A stretch of 64,000 nucleotides of DNA. Source: the human T2T-CHM13v2.0 reference genome, Homo sapiens. The position numbers and the translations under genes were made by a program. Below are positions 17,031-30,070 of the stretch, piece by piece. Each line of letters starts with the position of its first letter. The first letter of the stretch is position 1. The notes under the pieces are model-generated. The model was given only the letters and a program-made list of their open reading frames with translations. It was not told the origin of the DNA and made no database searches. The stretch lies in assembly GCF_009914755.1 (NCBI RefSeq), contig NC_060941.1. One strand, 5' to 3'.

Positions 17031-17544
17031 AGCAAGTATTTTTAGTGTCCATGAAATAGCACAATGAACAAGACAGACTTAAACCCTGTCTTCGGGAAAC
17101 TCACAGCCTCTTGATGAAGATGGACATTGAACACAAAACGACAAGGTGAATATTATAGAAGAGGAAGGGCGGGGCCTCAGATGCCCATTACAGAAGGAAG
17201 CAATGGAGAGGGTGAGATTTGCCATAAACATTTATTTCTTTTGTAATTAGACTAAAATAAAACAATGTATACATTTTTAAAATAAATCCCAAGGGTCCCA
17301 TAACTAGTTAGTAACAGAACTGAAAGTGGAAACTAAAAGCATTCTGGCTCCTGGGCAAATGATTTTTTTTTTTAACTGACACCCCCCCTGGGAAGTTTGA
17401 ATAGCATCCTAGTCTTCAGTAAAAAATATCTCAAAACTCTCAAAGGAGATGTCTGACAGAGGTGGTCCTATCATCTATGCACCTCGTGTCAGATGGAGGA
17501 GATATATCCCCATTCATACATCCATGTCAGATGGAGGAGGCTTT

Positions 17545-17555
17545 GTGCGCACGCG

Positions 17556-17590
<35 letters not shown>

Positions 17591-17592
17591 GC
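17545..17592. repeat. (GC)n(AC)n alternating purine-pyrimidine tract
   Basis: direct reading. Confidence 0.95.
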
Positions 17593-18360
17593 CCCTCTGA
17601 CTCCTCCTGGCATGCCCTCCTTCATCTGTGTGGCCTTTCTGGATGATGAGAGATGTTATTGGGATCCAGAAAGGGTCACTCCAATTGGCCACACACATAT
17701 GCCCCATGCCAGATGGTACTGGGTCAATGGGCAGTGGGTAGCTCACCACCACTCATCTCTGGAGGAGGAGTCCCAAACATTCCTTGCTCTCAGTGGCCCC
17801 AGTCTCTCCACCAGCTGACCTCCAGTCCTGTTTCAACCCACCCTGGCTGGGTCTGCCATCTGGGGGCCAGGCAAAAGGGAGAACATCTCAGCACCCAGAA
17901 CCTCCCACCATCTGCTCCTTCCCACTCCCTGAGAAGTGCTAATCTCGCAGGGCCCTTCCCCTGCAGACCCCTTTTCCCTGGGGAAGGTGAGGGTGGTGCC
18001 ATCCTCTAAGTGCCCAGCTTCGGTGAGGGCTGCTGGAGCCGTGATGCCCTCCGCTGGGAGATGCCACCCGATTCCATGTGCCATCTTCTCCTCCCCTCAG
18101 ACTTCATGTATCATATTTTGTGCTGACTTCAGACAATCAAGGGAGGAGGACACAGAGTTGTACTTTCCAAGTAGCTGGCAACCCTTAATCAATGTTAATT
18201 GGCTCTAATTAGCATATGTTAATTAATGATATTTACTATAAATTAAAGGTATGAGTGCTCCCAGAGGTTTCCTGTTCATCCAATTAGTGCCAATTAGTTG
18301 CAATTAACACGTGTAAATGAGATTCCATTGAACCCAAAACAAACAGCACAGAATCTCTCA

Positions 18361-19120
<760 letters not shown>

Positions 19121-19309
19121 CTACCAAGGGGCAAAGTAGGATTTGCCTCTATGACGTAATTTTAATATAATCTATATATGTCCACAGAGATTTTACTTCA
19201 CTGCTAATGCTATTTCTTTTTTACTCAACTACTCTCTGAGGCCCAAACCTCTGCCATGGCTAGAGAAACCGCTACCATGAACAGTCAACTGCTACCCCTA
19301 GCCAACCCA

Positions 19310-19883
<574 letters not shown>

Positions 19884-20264
19884 GTATGTATTATTTTAAA
19901 ATATTGACTGTTGACAGTGTCAGGTGCTGCTTCAGGGGCTGGGGATACAGGAGTGAACAAATCGTCTATGAATCCTGGCCCTTGTGTAGCTCACATTCCA
20001 CCGTGTACTATTACCTCCCACCTTGGGATTCGGATGTATCTAGAGTCAGAGTGACTTGGGTTCATATCCCAGTGCTGCCTCTCAGCAGCTGTAGGGTAGG
20101 GTTATTTAATCTCTCTTGGCCTCGGTTTATTTATCTGTAACATGGGTATGCTGATACCTATCTCAGAGGCATATTATGGGGAGGATTAAGCTCCTTCCCT
20201 TGTCCCATTCCCTGGTGGGGCAGAGTTTGGAGTTAAGCCACAAGGAAGGTAGAAAAGAGGGAGG

Positions 20265-20412
20265 CAAGGGTGCGGCAAACCAACAAGGCACATGTATACA
20301 TATGTAACAAACCTGCACATTGTGCACATGTACCCTAGAACTTAAAGTATAATAATAAAAAACAAATAAATAAAATAAATAAAAAACTATTAACAGAAAA
20401 AAAGAAAAGAAA
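20265..20412 (+). mobile_element. extremely 5'-truncated L1PA 3' end with TSD
   Basis: GGCACATGTATACATATGTAACAAACCTGCAC...CTAGAACTTAAAGTATAAT plus A tail; TSD AGAAAAGAGGGAGG at 20251-20264 and 20413-20426. Confidence 0.92.
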
Positions 20413-20652
20413 AGAAAAGAGGGAGGTAAAAGCCAGAAGATCACTCTGGGCTGGCAAATGAATGTCTGATTAAGTCCTCCTCTCGACGTCTGGGTTGGCT
20501 ATCCGGGCTGGCCACGACAGTCCCTCCTACCTGCGCGGCACTTCACAGTCTACAAAGCTATTGCGTGACTAGCCTCCCAGCAAATTCTCATCAGCCACAC
20601 GCTGGGTTAGGAAAGTGGGTCCAGGAGGAACCTGGTTTAGAAAGGGGGAGTG

Positions 20653-21147
20653 TTTCTACTATAAAGACACATGCACACGTATGTTTATTGCAGCCCTGTT
20701 CACAATAGCAAAGACTTGGAACCAACCCAAATGCCCATCAATGATAGACTGGATAAAGAAAATGTGGCACATATACACCATGGAATACTACACAGCCATA
20801 AAAAAATGAGTTCATGTTGTTTGCAGGGACATGGATGAAGCTGGAAACCATCATTCTCAGCAAACTCACACAGGAACAGGAAACCAAACACCGCGTGTTC
20901 TCACTCATAAGTGGGAGTTGAACAATGAGAACAGATGAACACAGGGAGGGGAACAACACACACCAGGGCCTGTCGGGGGGTAGGAGGCCAGGGGAGGGAT
21001 AGCATTAGGAGAAATACCTAATGTAGATGATGGGTTGATGGGTGCAGCAAACCACAATGGCACGTGTATACCTATGTAACAAAGCTGCACAGTCTGCACA
21101 TGTATCCCAGAACTTAAAGCATAATAAACAATAATAATAATGAAAAA
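20653..21147 (+). mobile_element. 5'-truncated L1PA (end of ORF2 plus 3'UTR) with TSD
   Basis: translates YYKDTCTRMFIAALFTIAKTWNQPKCPSMIDWIKKMWHIYTMEYY (L1 ORF2 C-terminus); TSD AGAAAGGGGGAGTG at 20639-20652 and 21148-21161. Confidence 0.95.
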
Positions 21148-24100
21148 AGAAAGGGGGAGTGCTCCCTGCATCATGCAGGGCTGAAGCCCAGACATCTGAC
21201 TCCTCCCAGCATGCCCTCCTTCATCCATGTGGCCTTTCTGAGTGATGAGAGATGTCACTGGGATCCAGAAAGGGTCACCCCAACTGGCCAGAAGCAGGGA
21301 TTCACCCACTTATGCCAAAACTGAAGGTGGGTCTTGCATGTTGAGGCACCAGGGCCCCTTCAGCTGGAGCAAGATTGCCTCCAGGTCAGAGGCCACAGCA
21401 CCCATAGCTCTTGCGTCCCCTCCTTTGCCATCTCAACACTGCCCCCACTCTTGGATACTCACGCAGGGTGTTTGATCATTTCAGATTGCCTCAGCATCCT
21501 CTTCCACAAAGCAAGGGGGTATGCTGAGATGGCCCTAAAACCTTTTCGACCTGATGTTCTAGGATTTTGGAGGTCCTCTGCAGAGTGCTGGCCCCACTTC
21601 TCCGCTGATAGGCAACCATAGAAAGCCTTGGTTTTCCTCCTCCTTGGGGGAGCTGTCCCACCTGTGATGGCCTAACGGGTCCTGCTCACCCTCAGACCTT
21701 TCTCACTGATTCGACGTCATCTTCCACCCCCACCCCGACCTTCCCTGGGATAGTGATGAACCACCAGACATGGTCCCCAAGAGACCCAGCCTCAGAAAAA
21801 GTTCTCCATCACCCTGATCAGACCAAAGTCGATTTGGAGGCCAGGGGGAGGACGGGAGCCAATGGTGTTTAGTAAAAAGAGCTCAAGTGGGTTATCTTCA
21901 GGGAGGGGCATGTGGCTGCAGAATAGATGTCTGTCCTGAGGACTCTTAGGGCTCGCTCTTTCTTCCCTACCGCTGCACCCCACCCCAGGGCCAGCAGGGC
22001 ATGTGGGAGGGAGTCTGGAAGCAAGTGAAAAGAACGCTCTCCTGAGTGCTCTTCCTGCCAGCAAAAATAAAACTACTACGGTTGGAGGCCTCCCTGGGCC
22101 AGGTACAGTGCTAGGCCATTGACTTGCATGATTTCCATTTAAAGGGGGTGGCATTTGCTCCATTTTTTATCTCTAAGTGCTGTGGGCATCTTGGTCTCGG
22201 CCTGGTCAGCTTTGGGACTGATGATCAGCCAATTCTGGCCATGGAATAGGAAGGTTGCAGTACATGGTGAGGAAAATGCTGCCCACTGTGTCCCACCAAT
22301 CAGCACACACATGCACATGCGCACACACACACACACATGCACGCACACACACACACACGCATCCCTCTCCTCTCTCTTGGCCAGGTGGATGCTGGCTCCA
22401 TCAGCCTGGGCTGAAGCTAGATCCAGGGAGAGGAGGCTACCACTAGGAAGGCCACAGGTAAAAAGCTAAAGGAATCAGGGACATGAGTGGGGCAAATTCT
22501 CAGCTTTCAATGACAAGAACATTGCCTCCAAACCAGCAATTATGGGTGCCCATGAAACTCAAGGGTGGAGAAAAGGGACACTGGCAAAGTGTCTGCTTTT
22601 TATCCCACTAATGCCTCTTGAGAAGTGATATCCCTCTAAAGCCAAAGTTCCTGAGATGAGGTTTAACATGGCCACTTTGGAAGAAAAAAAAAAAACCCTC
22701 GGCTCCAGGAACGTAACAACAGAAAATAATTAAGGTCTAATAAGGTCAGTGTTCCACCTTAACACCTTTTCAGTTCCAGTTAAAACCTCTACTAATTTGC
22801 CAAGAAAAACCAGCCTCACTTGGGCCTTATTATTTGAATCACGTCCTGTCTCTTAATTTAAACGAGAGACTCACATAAGGATTTTTTTTTATTTTAAATT
22901 ACAATGCTGACTTTCTTCCAGTTGATTACGGTATATGACTCTCTGTTAGAAGGCCATTATTTTTTGCTATGATTTACAAAGCATTTAAAGCGAAATCAAT
23001 GTAATAAATATCGAAGTATTGTAATAGATAATTCCATATATTTAACTGGAGACACAGCACAGCCCTGGTTCAGGCAGTCAGGAGATGAGCAGGGTGAGGA
23101 CGGGATGGGGGAGACAGCTGGTATCCACTCTCTTCTTTTCTCCCCTTTTCTTTTCTCTGTATTCATTTAGCCAGGATTCACCCAGCCCTCCCTAAGATTC
23201 TGCACACTGGACTTGGGACTGTGGGGAGTCATGGGTGCTCAAGACGCATTATCCAGAGGCCGTGGGCTGTTTGAAGAAATTCCTCTGCAACAACTGGCTC
23301 ATGAATACTGGAGGCCACCGTGGGTGGGAGGCCACACTAGCACCCTCTAAGGAGCTGTGATGAGAGAAGATTTCTCATCACAGTGGAGGAGAGGTGTGGG
23401 TGGGGGGCAGGTCAGGAAAGGCTTTTGCTAGCATCTCCTCCTTTCCTCTTCCTGCTCCTCCCCTCCCCTTCTTAACTCCTCCTTTCCCTCCTCTTCCCCT
23501 CCTCTGCCCTCCTCTCATTCCTGTCTCTTCCCTCCCTGGACTGAGCTGTCTCTAGGCCTCTGGCGGCAACCAGCACATACTGGCCTCTGACTGGACAAGC
23601 TCAGCTCAGGACAATCAGCCCAGCATTTGCAGATGTGAAAGCCCCCGAGGAGGGCAGAAGTGTGAAGGTGGATAGGGTGCCCAGCCTTCATCTGCCCTCT
23701 CAAGTGTGTGACCTTGTGTTCACCCCCAGTGACAGAGCTCACAGCAGTGTTTGCAGGGCCAGTCGCTTTGAGACTGCCTGCCCTGGGGCAGGGAGCAAAT
23801 TTCAAGCTGCCTTCCTTCCTGTGCACCCCCATCTCAAAAAGGACCCAGAAGCAGGTTCCTTTCCAGCTAGCCCCTGACCTGCCACTCCATGAGGAGCACC
23901 CCCAGCCCCGCCACTTCTTCCTGGCCTCAGAGCTATTGTGTGGGGGTCACACATCTGCTCCCAGGTGGGCTCTGCTCCCGGGTTCCTGGCTGGATTCAGA
24001 AACTCATGCCCACCAGTGAGGGGGCCACACATGGGCCACCAGCCTATGGGTGGGTCCAGATAACACATCTCCACTGCAAGTCATGTGTTCTGTCTGCAGA

Positions 24101-26943
24101 GCTATTCGAGTGCCATGGGATCTTAATAAGGGCTTTGTGGACTCAATGCTGCAGCTCGTGATGGGGTGTGGGTAGCACACTTTTAGCAGATCCCAGAGAA
24201 GGAAGATGTATGGTCCCTTGCCGTACCACCCCAAGCCTGAACCCAAAGCCCCAAGTCCCTAGCTCTGAACAGATTTCACCATAAATCCCAGGAGGGGACG
24301 GGCAGAGGGAAAGGGAGCAGAGAAAAGAGATTTACAGCGAACTTGCTTCCTGACACCTCTTTGGCCCGTCCCATAAAATAACAATATCATCAGATAAATC
24401 ATACAGAGTCTCAGGGGACCTTCCCCTTGTCTTTGTGGGGTCTTTGAGGGGAGATGAGGAGACATGGTCAGGTCCACCCAGCTGCGTTCTCCCTGGCAAT
24501 ATCAGTTCCAGCTGCCATGAGGACGTCTCAGATTTAATCCCTGGGCTATGTATGGGGTGGTGGGGTAGGAATGAGGTAGGGAAGAAGAGTGTTGGCTATG
24601 GACACCCAAGAGACAGCATGGCATAAGAGATTCAGCATGAGCTTTGAGCAAATCCCGGCTCAAATTCCTAGCTGTGTGACCTCAGACAAGTTACTCAACC
24701 TCTCTGGGCCTTGGTTTATTTCTCTGTAAATGCAGGACATGGAATATCTACATGACAGGATATGTATGAGGAGTTATTGAGAATAATGTATGCCAAAGCT
24801 GGTGTATCGTAGGTACTTAAAATACGGGAACTACCGTAGCCACAAATGTTTTCTCTCATCTAGGATATAAAATGCTGTGGCCGTGTTCCCAGCAGAGGGA
24901 ATCAAATGCTGAGCCCTCTGCAGAGACACCACACTCCCTTGTCCTCTCTGGCTATTGTCTCAGCCTTGGTCTTTGAGCTTAGAAAGGCAGAGCTCCCCAT
25001 TAACTCACAATGTGACTGTAAACAAGTTTCTTCCCCTCTCCAGGCCTGTTTCGCATCTATAAAATGAGGAGGTGGAAAGTACTTGGTCTTTAAGGCCCAG
25101 TCCATTGTAAGATAAAATCTCAAATCAGGAGAAATTTCTAACTGTAACCAAAGGGAGCAGGCAGGACCCAGACGCTGCAGGCGGTGAAGCCAGCTGAAAC
25201 TGGCATGGTCATGCAGCCTGGGGCGGACGCTGTTGCCATCCTAGGAAGAGAGTGTAGGGCTCCATCCAACCGGTCCCACAACTCTGACCACCCCAAGTGA
25301 GAGATTCCTCTGTCTGCAGCCTGCATGGCCGTGGACACAGTCTGCGGCATTGCACCAAGGGACCTTCGTCCAGGGGGAGGGCTGTGTTTCCAGAGCTGGG
25401 AGCTGGGTGGGTGAGGCTCCATCCAGGCTCATGCTTCGTACCTGGAGCAACCTCGTACTTCCCTTCCTGCCTGTGTGGTCTCCTCCTCCCGCCAGTCCTC
25501 CCCAACCCTGTTTTTTCCCCTCCCTTCAGCATCTTCAGCTATTAAGGATGATAGCTTGGGCTTGGGCTCCAGCCTTCCAGCCTCTGCCCTCTCTCTCTCT
25601 CCCTCCTTCCTTCTTTCCTTTCTCCTCTTGCTTTTCCATCTTCTCCTTGTACTTCATTTCCTCCTCTCTTTCCTTCCTTCTCCAGTTCCTCCCTTTTCCT
25701 CCTTCACTGTTTGATTTTTAGCCCTCTGATTTTTTCTTCCTCTTCTCCACTCTTTATTTCTTTTCATCCTCCTCCCGGTCCTTTTTTCTGCTTTGTCACC
25801 TCCTTCGTTTTCTTCTCTCTCTGGCTGACTCAGGGGACCGGAGGTGGGCCTATCTGGAGTGAGTGAGTAAGTGTGTTGGGAGGTGAGGGTGGAGGGCTGG
25901 AGGGGGGCAGTGATCTGGCCTGAGCCCCTCCAGTATTGCTCCAGCCCCAGCCGCAGGAGGATCAGGAGTTCACCCGCAGGGCAGCTGTCAGCGGCTCAGT
26001 GGATGGATGAGTGAAAGTGTAGGGGGTGGGGAGGTGAAGTTGCTGGAGAGGGGGCCCTTTTTAAATAAAAATGAAAGGAGCTTGGCGGATGAAGTGACAG
26101 GGACTGTTTCATAATAAGCCCCACCCAAGGCACCTCTGCCAGGGGACCCAGCCCTGCTGCCCACCTCCCTCCAATCCTGTGCCCTGTCTCCATCCCCAAA
26201 GTTTCTTTCAGCACAGAGCCTGTTTGTTTCTCTGATCTTCTGGGCAGGCCAGAGAGCAGGCAATCCCCCACACTCAACTCCCCAGAACCACTCCCCGCCC
26301 AGCCTTCCCCATCTCCCACTGTGGGGCGGCTGGGATTGGAACCCTGGGCAACCTGCTCACAGAGTGATGTCTGGGCAGATTAGCACCCCAAAGCTGGCAG
26401 GCCTATTAGGAGGCCTTTGTGGGGGAGGAGACCAGGGGAGGCGAAAGGGATTTTCCATTCTCTGAGCAACTGGATTACACAGTCAGGGGATCAGGGAAGA
26501 ACTGCTACTTAAGCTGCCTCTGCCCTGGCTCTCCGCCTCTCACGGGCTCAGCAGGGATCTTACCAAGCCCTGCCTTGCCTGCTTTTTGAAGAATCTTTAT
26601 GTAACTTGAGTTAGGTTTAGGGGCAAAACCAAGTCTCATCTCCTGCCCAGCCCTGAGCTATTACACCAAACAGGAGCTCAAGAGGGCTCCGCTTGCCACC
26701 ACTTCCGCCAAGCCTCACCTTCCACAGAGCCCCCAGGTCTGGAGGTGGATCTGGAAGGTGTGACTCAGAATGGTGAAGTGACTTGCTCTGAGTCACACCA
26801 TGAGTGAAAGGCAACCAGGATAGCTACCTGACTGTGGACTGGATTTATGGGAGAATGTTCTCTGAAGAGTGAGCCAGGTCTGTGCCAGGGACTGGAAGGG
26901 GCCCAAGGCTCTGCTGTTCCCCCTACAAGAAGGAAGTTTGCAG

Positions 26944-27225
26944 TCTGGGCACGGTGGCTCACACCTGTAATCCGAGCACTTTGAGAGTCTAAGGCAGGAG
27001 GATTGATTGACCCCAGGAGTTCAAGACCAGCCTGGGTAACATAGGGAGACATCTCTATAAAAAATTTAAAAATTAGCCAGGTGTGGTGGCATGTTCCTGT
27101 GGTCCCAGCTACCTGGGAGGCTGAGGTGGGAGGATAGGTTGGGCCCATGAGTTGGAGCCATGATAATGCCACTGCACTCTAGCCTGGGTGACAGAGCAAG
27201 ACCTTGTCTCAAAAAAATAAAAAAG
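26944..27225 (+). mobile_element. AluJ-like
   Basis: Alu consensus; TSD-like AGGAAGTTTG on both sides. Confidence 0.92.
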
Positions 27226-29584
27226 AAGGAAGTTTGTTCCTGAGTTTTTTGTCAGCCCAATATATGCTTTAGAGGGAGGGGAACCCTACTCCCATTTGTT
27301 CTCTCAGGCTGCAGAAGACCAGACCACAGTGGATGGTGAAGAAGAGGAGAGATGTGGAGAAGATTAGGTTGAAAGAGTCCCAAGTCTTAAAGCCTACTCC
27401 CAGCCTTATCACTAACTTGCTGTGTGACCTTGGACAAACCACCTCTCCTCTCTGAGCTTCAGTTTTCTTATCTGCAAAATGGAGATGAAAACTTCTCTTT
27501 CAAGCATTGTCTTGAAGGGTGAATAAGACAAGGTACTAGAAGAGCATCAGGCACAGCCCCTGGCACATACAGCTGCTCCCTCAATAATAGTGGAAGCAAA
27601 GTCTTTTCCCCAGGAGCTGCTGGAAGCAGAATCTTCCACCCAGGAGCTGTGCCCACTCCCTAGGATAGCAGGCTCTGCTACACAGCCAAGCAACTGGTTC
27701 TTCCCACCAGGAGGGCAAATCCATCAGATTCAGCAAGATTGGCCTCCCCAGCCTGGCATAAGGTTACTGGGGGGTCATGACCCCATACCTTAGGTCCACT
27801 TTCTAGAAACAGTCCGCACACAAGAGGACCAAAGACCCCCACCCTAGCCCTGTGTGGCCCCTGAAGGCCTTTTGCTGACAAAGTGGTCATCTCTGACCTT
27901 CCTGATGGCCTATGCTCCTTCCAACCAGAAAATGTCTGTGATCCTGTGACCCCTAGAAGCCCTGCCTTGCTAATGGTTTTATGATCTTCCCTACAGAATT
28001 CTCTCTTTGCCTTCTATACCTCTCAGCCCCTTTCAGTAGGTCCTAGTCAAAATAAACAACATTTATGACCAGAGCAAGATTCAAGGTCTGCATTGCAAAC
28101 AAATGCAGAGCTCTTTGAAGGTGCCTGGGGAATCCATCACTTCCTGGGGTGTGACGTTCCCCAGGCCCAAGGGGAGGTAGGCCCTGGGAAGGGACTCAAG
28201 CCTGAGAAGCTGGGCCCTGGATCAGAGTTTAGAGTCTGAGGATCCCCTACTGCCTCTCCCTCCTCAGCACCAAACTCATCCTCTATGCAAGAGGAGAGGG
28301 GAGGGGAGAAGAGGGACTGGGCATGGCATGAGAGGTCCGCTGTGCCCAGCAACCTCTCCTACGCTATGTTCAAGGCCACCTTGGTGGCCAGGACTTGATC
28401 CATATGTCATCAGGGGAGAAGACAAAATGAAAGAGAGGGGGGAAAATACAGAGATAAACAAAGACACAGGCAGCAAACAGGAGTGAATGAGAGGGTTAGA
28501 GACCAAACCCAAGGGTCTCAGCCTTGATCCCTACTCTGGCACTCACCTGGACAGAAGAGCCGCCACCATGGCCACGCTGGGACAACTTTCCTAAAGAAAA
28601 CTCATCCAAAACTCTGCAGGCCAGTGTAGCTAAAGGGAGAGAGGGAAAGAGAGAAGCAGGCTCCCGTCTGAGTTTCTCTCGGAGGCCTGAGTGAGTGATT
28701 ACACAGAGGGAAAAGTGGAGGCCCTCCATACAGAATGAAAACCCTCTCCTCCATCCCACCACAGATGAGAGGCAGAAGCCCTCCCCCATACTCTCCTAAA
28801 CATCCTCCAACAGAGAAGCGGCCCGCAGGCGGCAGCTCAGGCTGTGTTGTCTCAGTTTTGCCTTCTGCACGCTACTGTGGATGAGAGGCAGTCTTCTCTG
28901 GCAGGTGTGGTCACGGAGCAGGTTTGTTTTCAAGGGGGACTGGCCCTGCCTGGGGAACTGTTAGTGGAGAATATTAATGTGGGATTCCCAAAGGCCCAGG
29001 TCTGAGAGCAGCTTTCTAGGACACACAGCTCAATGCGTTCTTCAGCACCATGCCAGCCTCCAGAACTGGGGCACGGGCCTGGGGGCTGGTGTTCTCTGAC
29101 TCACAGCTGGGCTTGGGGGGTGGGGGGAGAAAACTTTCCTCCTGGAGCCTGTGCCTTATCATTTACCCTGCTAAAAATATTATGCTATCCAACAGGTTGG
29201 GTGAGGAGCTAGCCAGGAAATATGTGTGGGTAGCAAAGGTATCTATCACATTTATCAGATCCCCACGAATAGTATTTGTATATGTGGCATATAATTAATG
29301 TTCGATGAGTGAGTCAGAGAGAGATAAATTGGAAAGGAAACAAAGAAACAGAAAGAGAGCTGGAAATGCAAGTGTGAGTGTTTCCAGGATAAATATACTT
29401 TGTTTGAAATTATTCTTTGCCTAAACTGAAAGAAGAATAATTTTTAATAACTTTTAATGACCTTATACAAGTAAATGTAGATGTTTCATCAGGGTGCCCT
29501 GGTACCCAGCACAGTGCTTTTTGTATGGAAAGTCCTCCATGTCATAGAGCTTTTGGTCTAGAAGAGCCTTGGAGACCATCTCAG

Positions 29585-29765
29585 CCACTGGGTCTCAACC
29601 TTGGTTGAACATAGAATAACCTGGGGAGCTTTAAAAAAAAAAAAGATGCAAGGAACTCACCTCCCAGAGATGCTAATCTAACTGGTCTGGGGTGGAGCCC
29701 AGACATCTGTATTTTTTGAAAGCTCCCCGGATGATTCCTCTGTGCATCCAAGGTTGAGAACTGCC
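29585..29765. mobile_element. MER5A-like hAT-Charlie MITE
   Basis: inverted ends TCTCAACCTTGG (29592) / CCAAGGTTGAGA (29748); internal GGTCTGGGGTGGAGCCCAG..ATCTGTATTTTT. Confidence 0.85.
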
Positions 29766-29780
29766 CATCCAGGCCCATTC

Positions 29781-30070
29781 TTTTTTTTTTTTTTTTTTTT
29801 TTTTTTTTGAGACAGAGTGAAGTGGCGCGATCTTGGCTCACTGCAAACTCCACCCTCCGAGTTCAAGCAATTCTCCTGCCTCAGCCTCCCGAGTAGCTGG
29901 GATTACAGGTGCCCACCACCAAACCTGGCCAATTTTTGTATTTTTAGTAGAGACGGGGTTTCGCCATGTTGGCCAGGCTGCTTTCAAACTCCTGACCTCA
30001 GGTGATCCACCCGCCTTGGCCTCCCAAAGTGCTTGGATTACAGACATAAGCCACCACATCCAGCCCCAGG
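29781..30070 (-). mobile_element. Alu (S-type)
   Basis: poly-T followed by antisense Alu. Confidence 0.95.

Noticed and set aside
20615-20809. ORF with real protein similarity
   Set aside because: Fragment of L1 ORF2 in a truncated retrocopy, not a host gene
29041-29061. REST/RE1-like TTCAGCACCATG
   Set aside because: Only the left half matches; the GGACAG right half is absent
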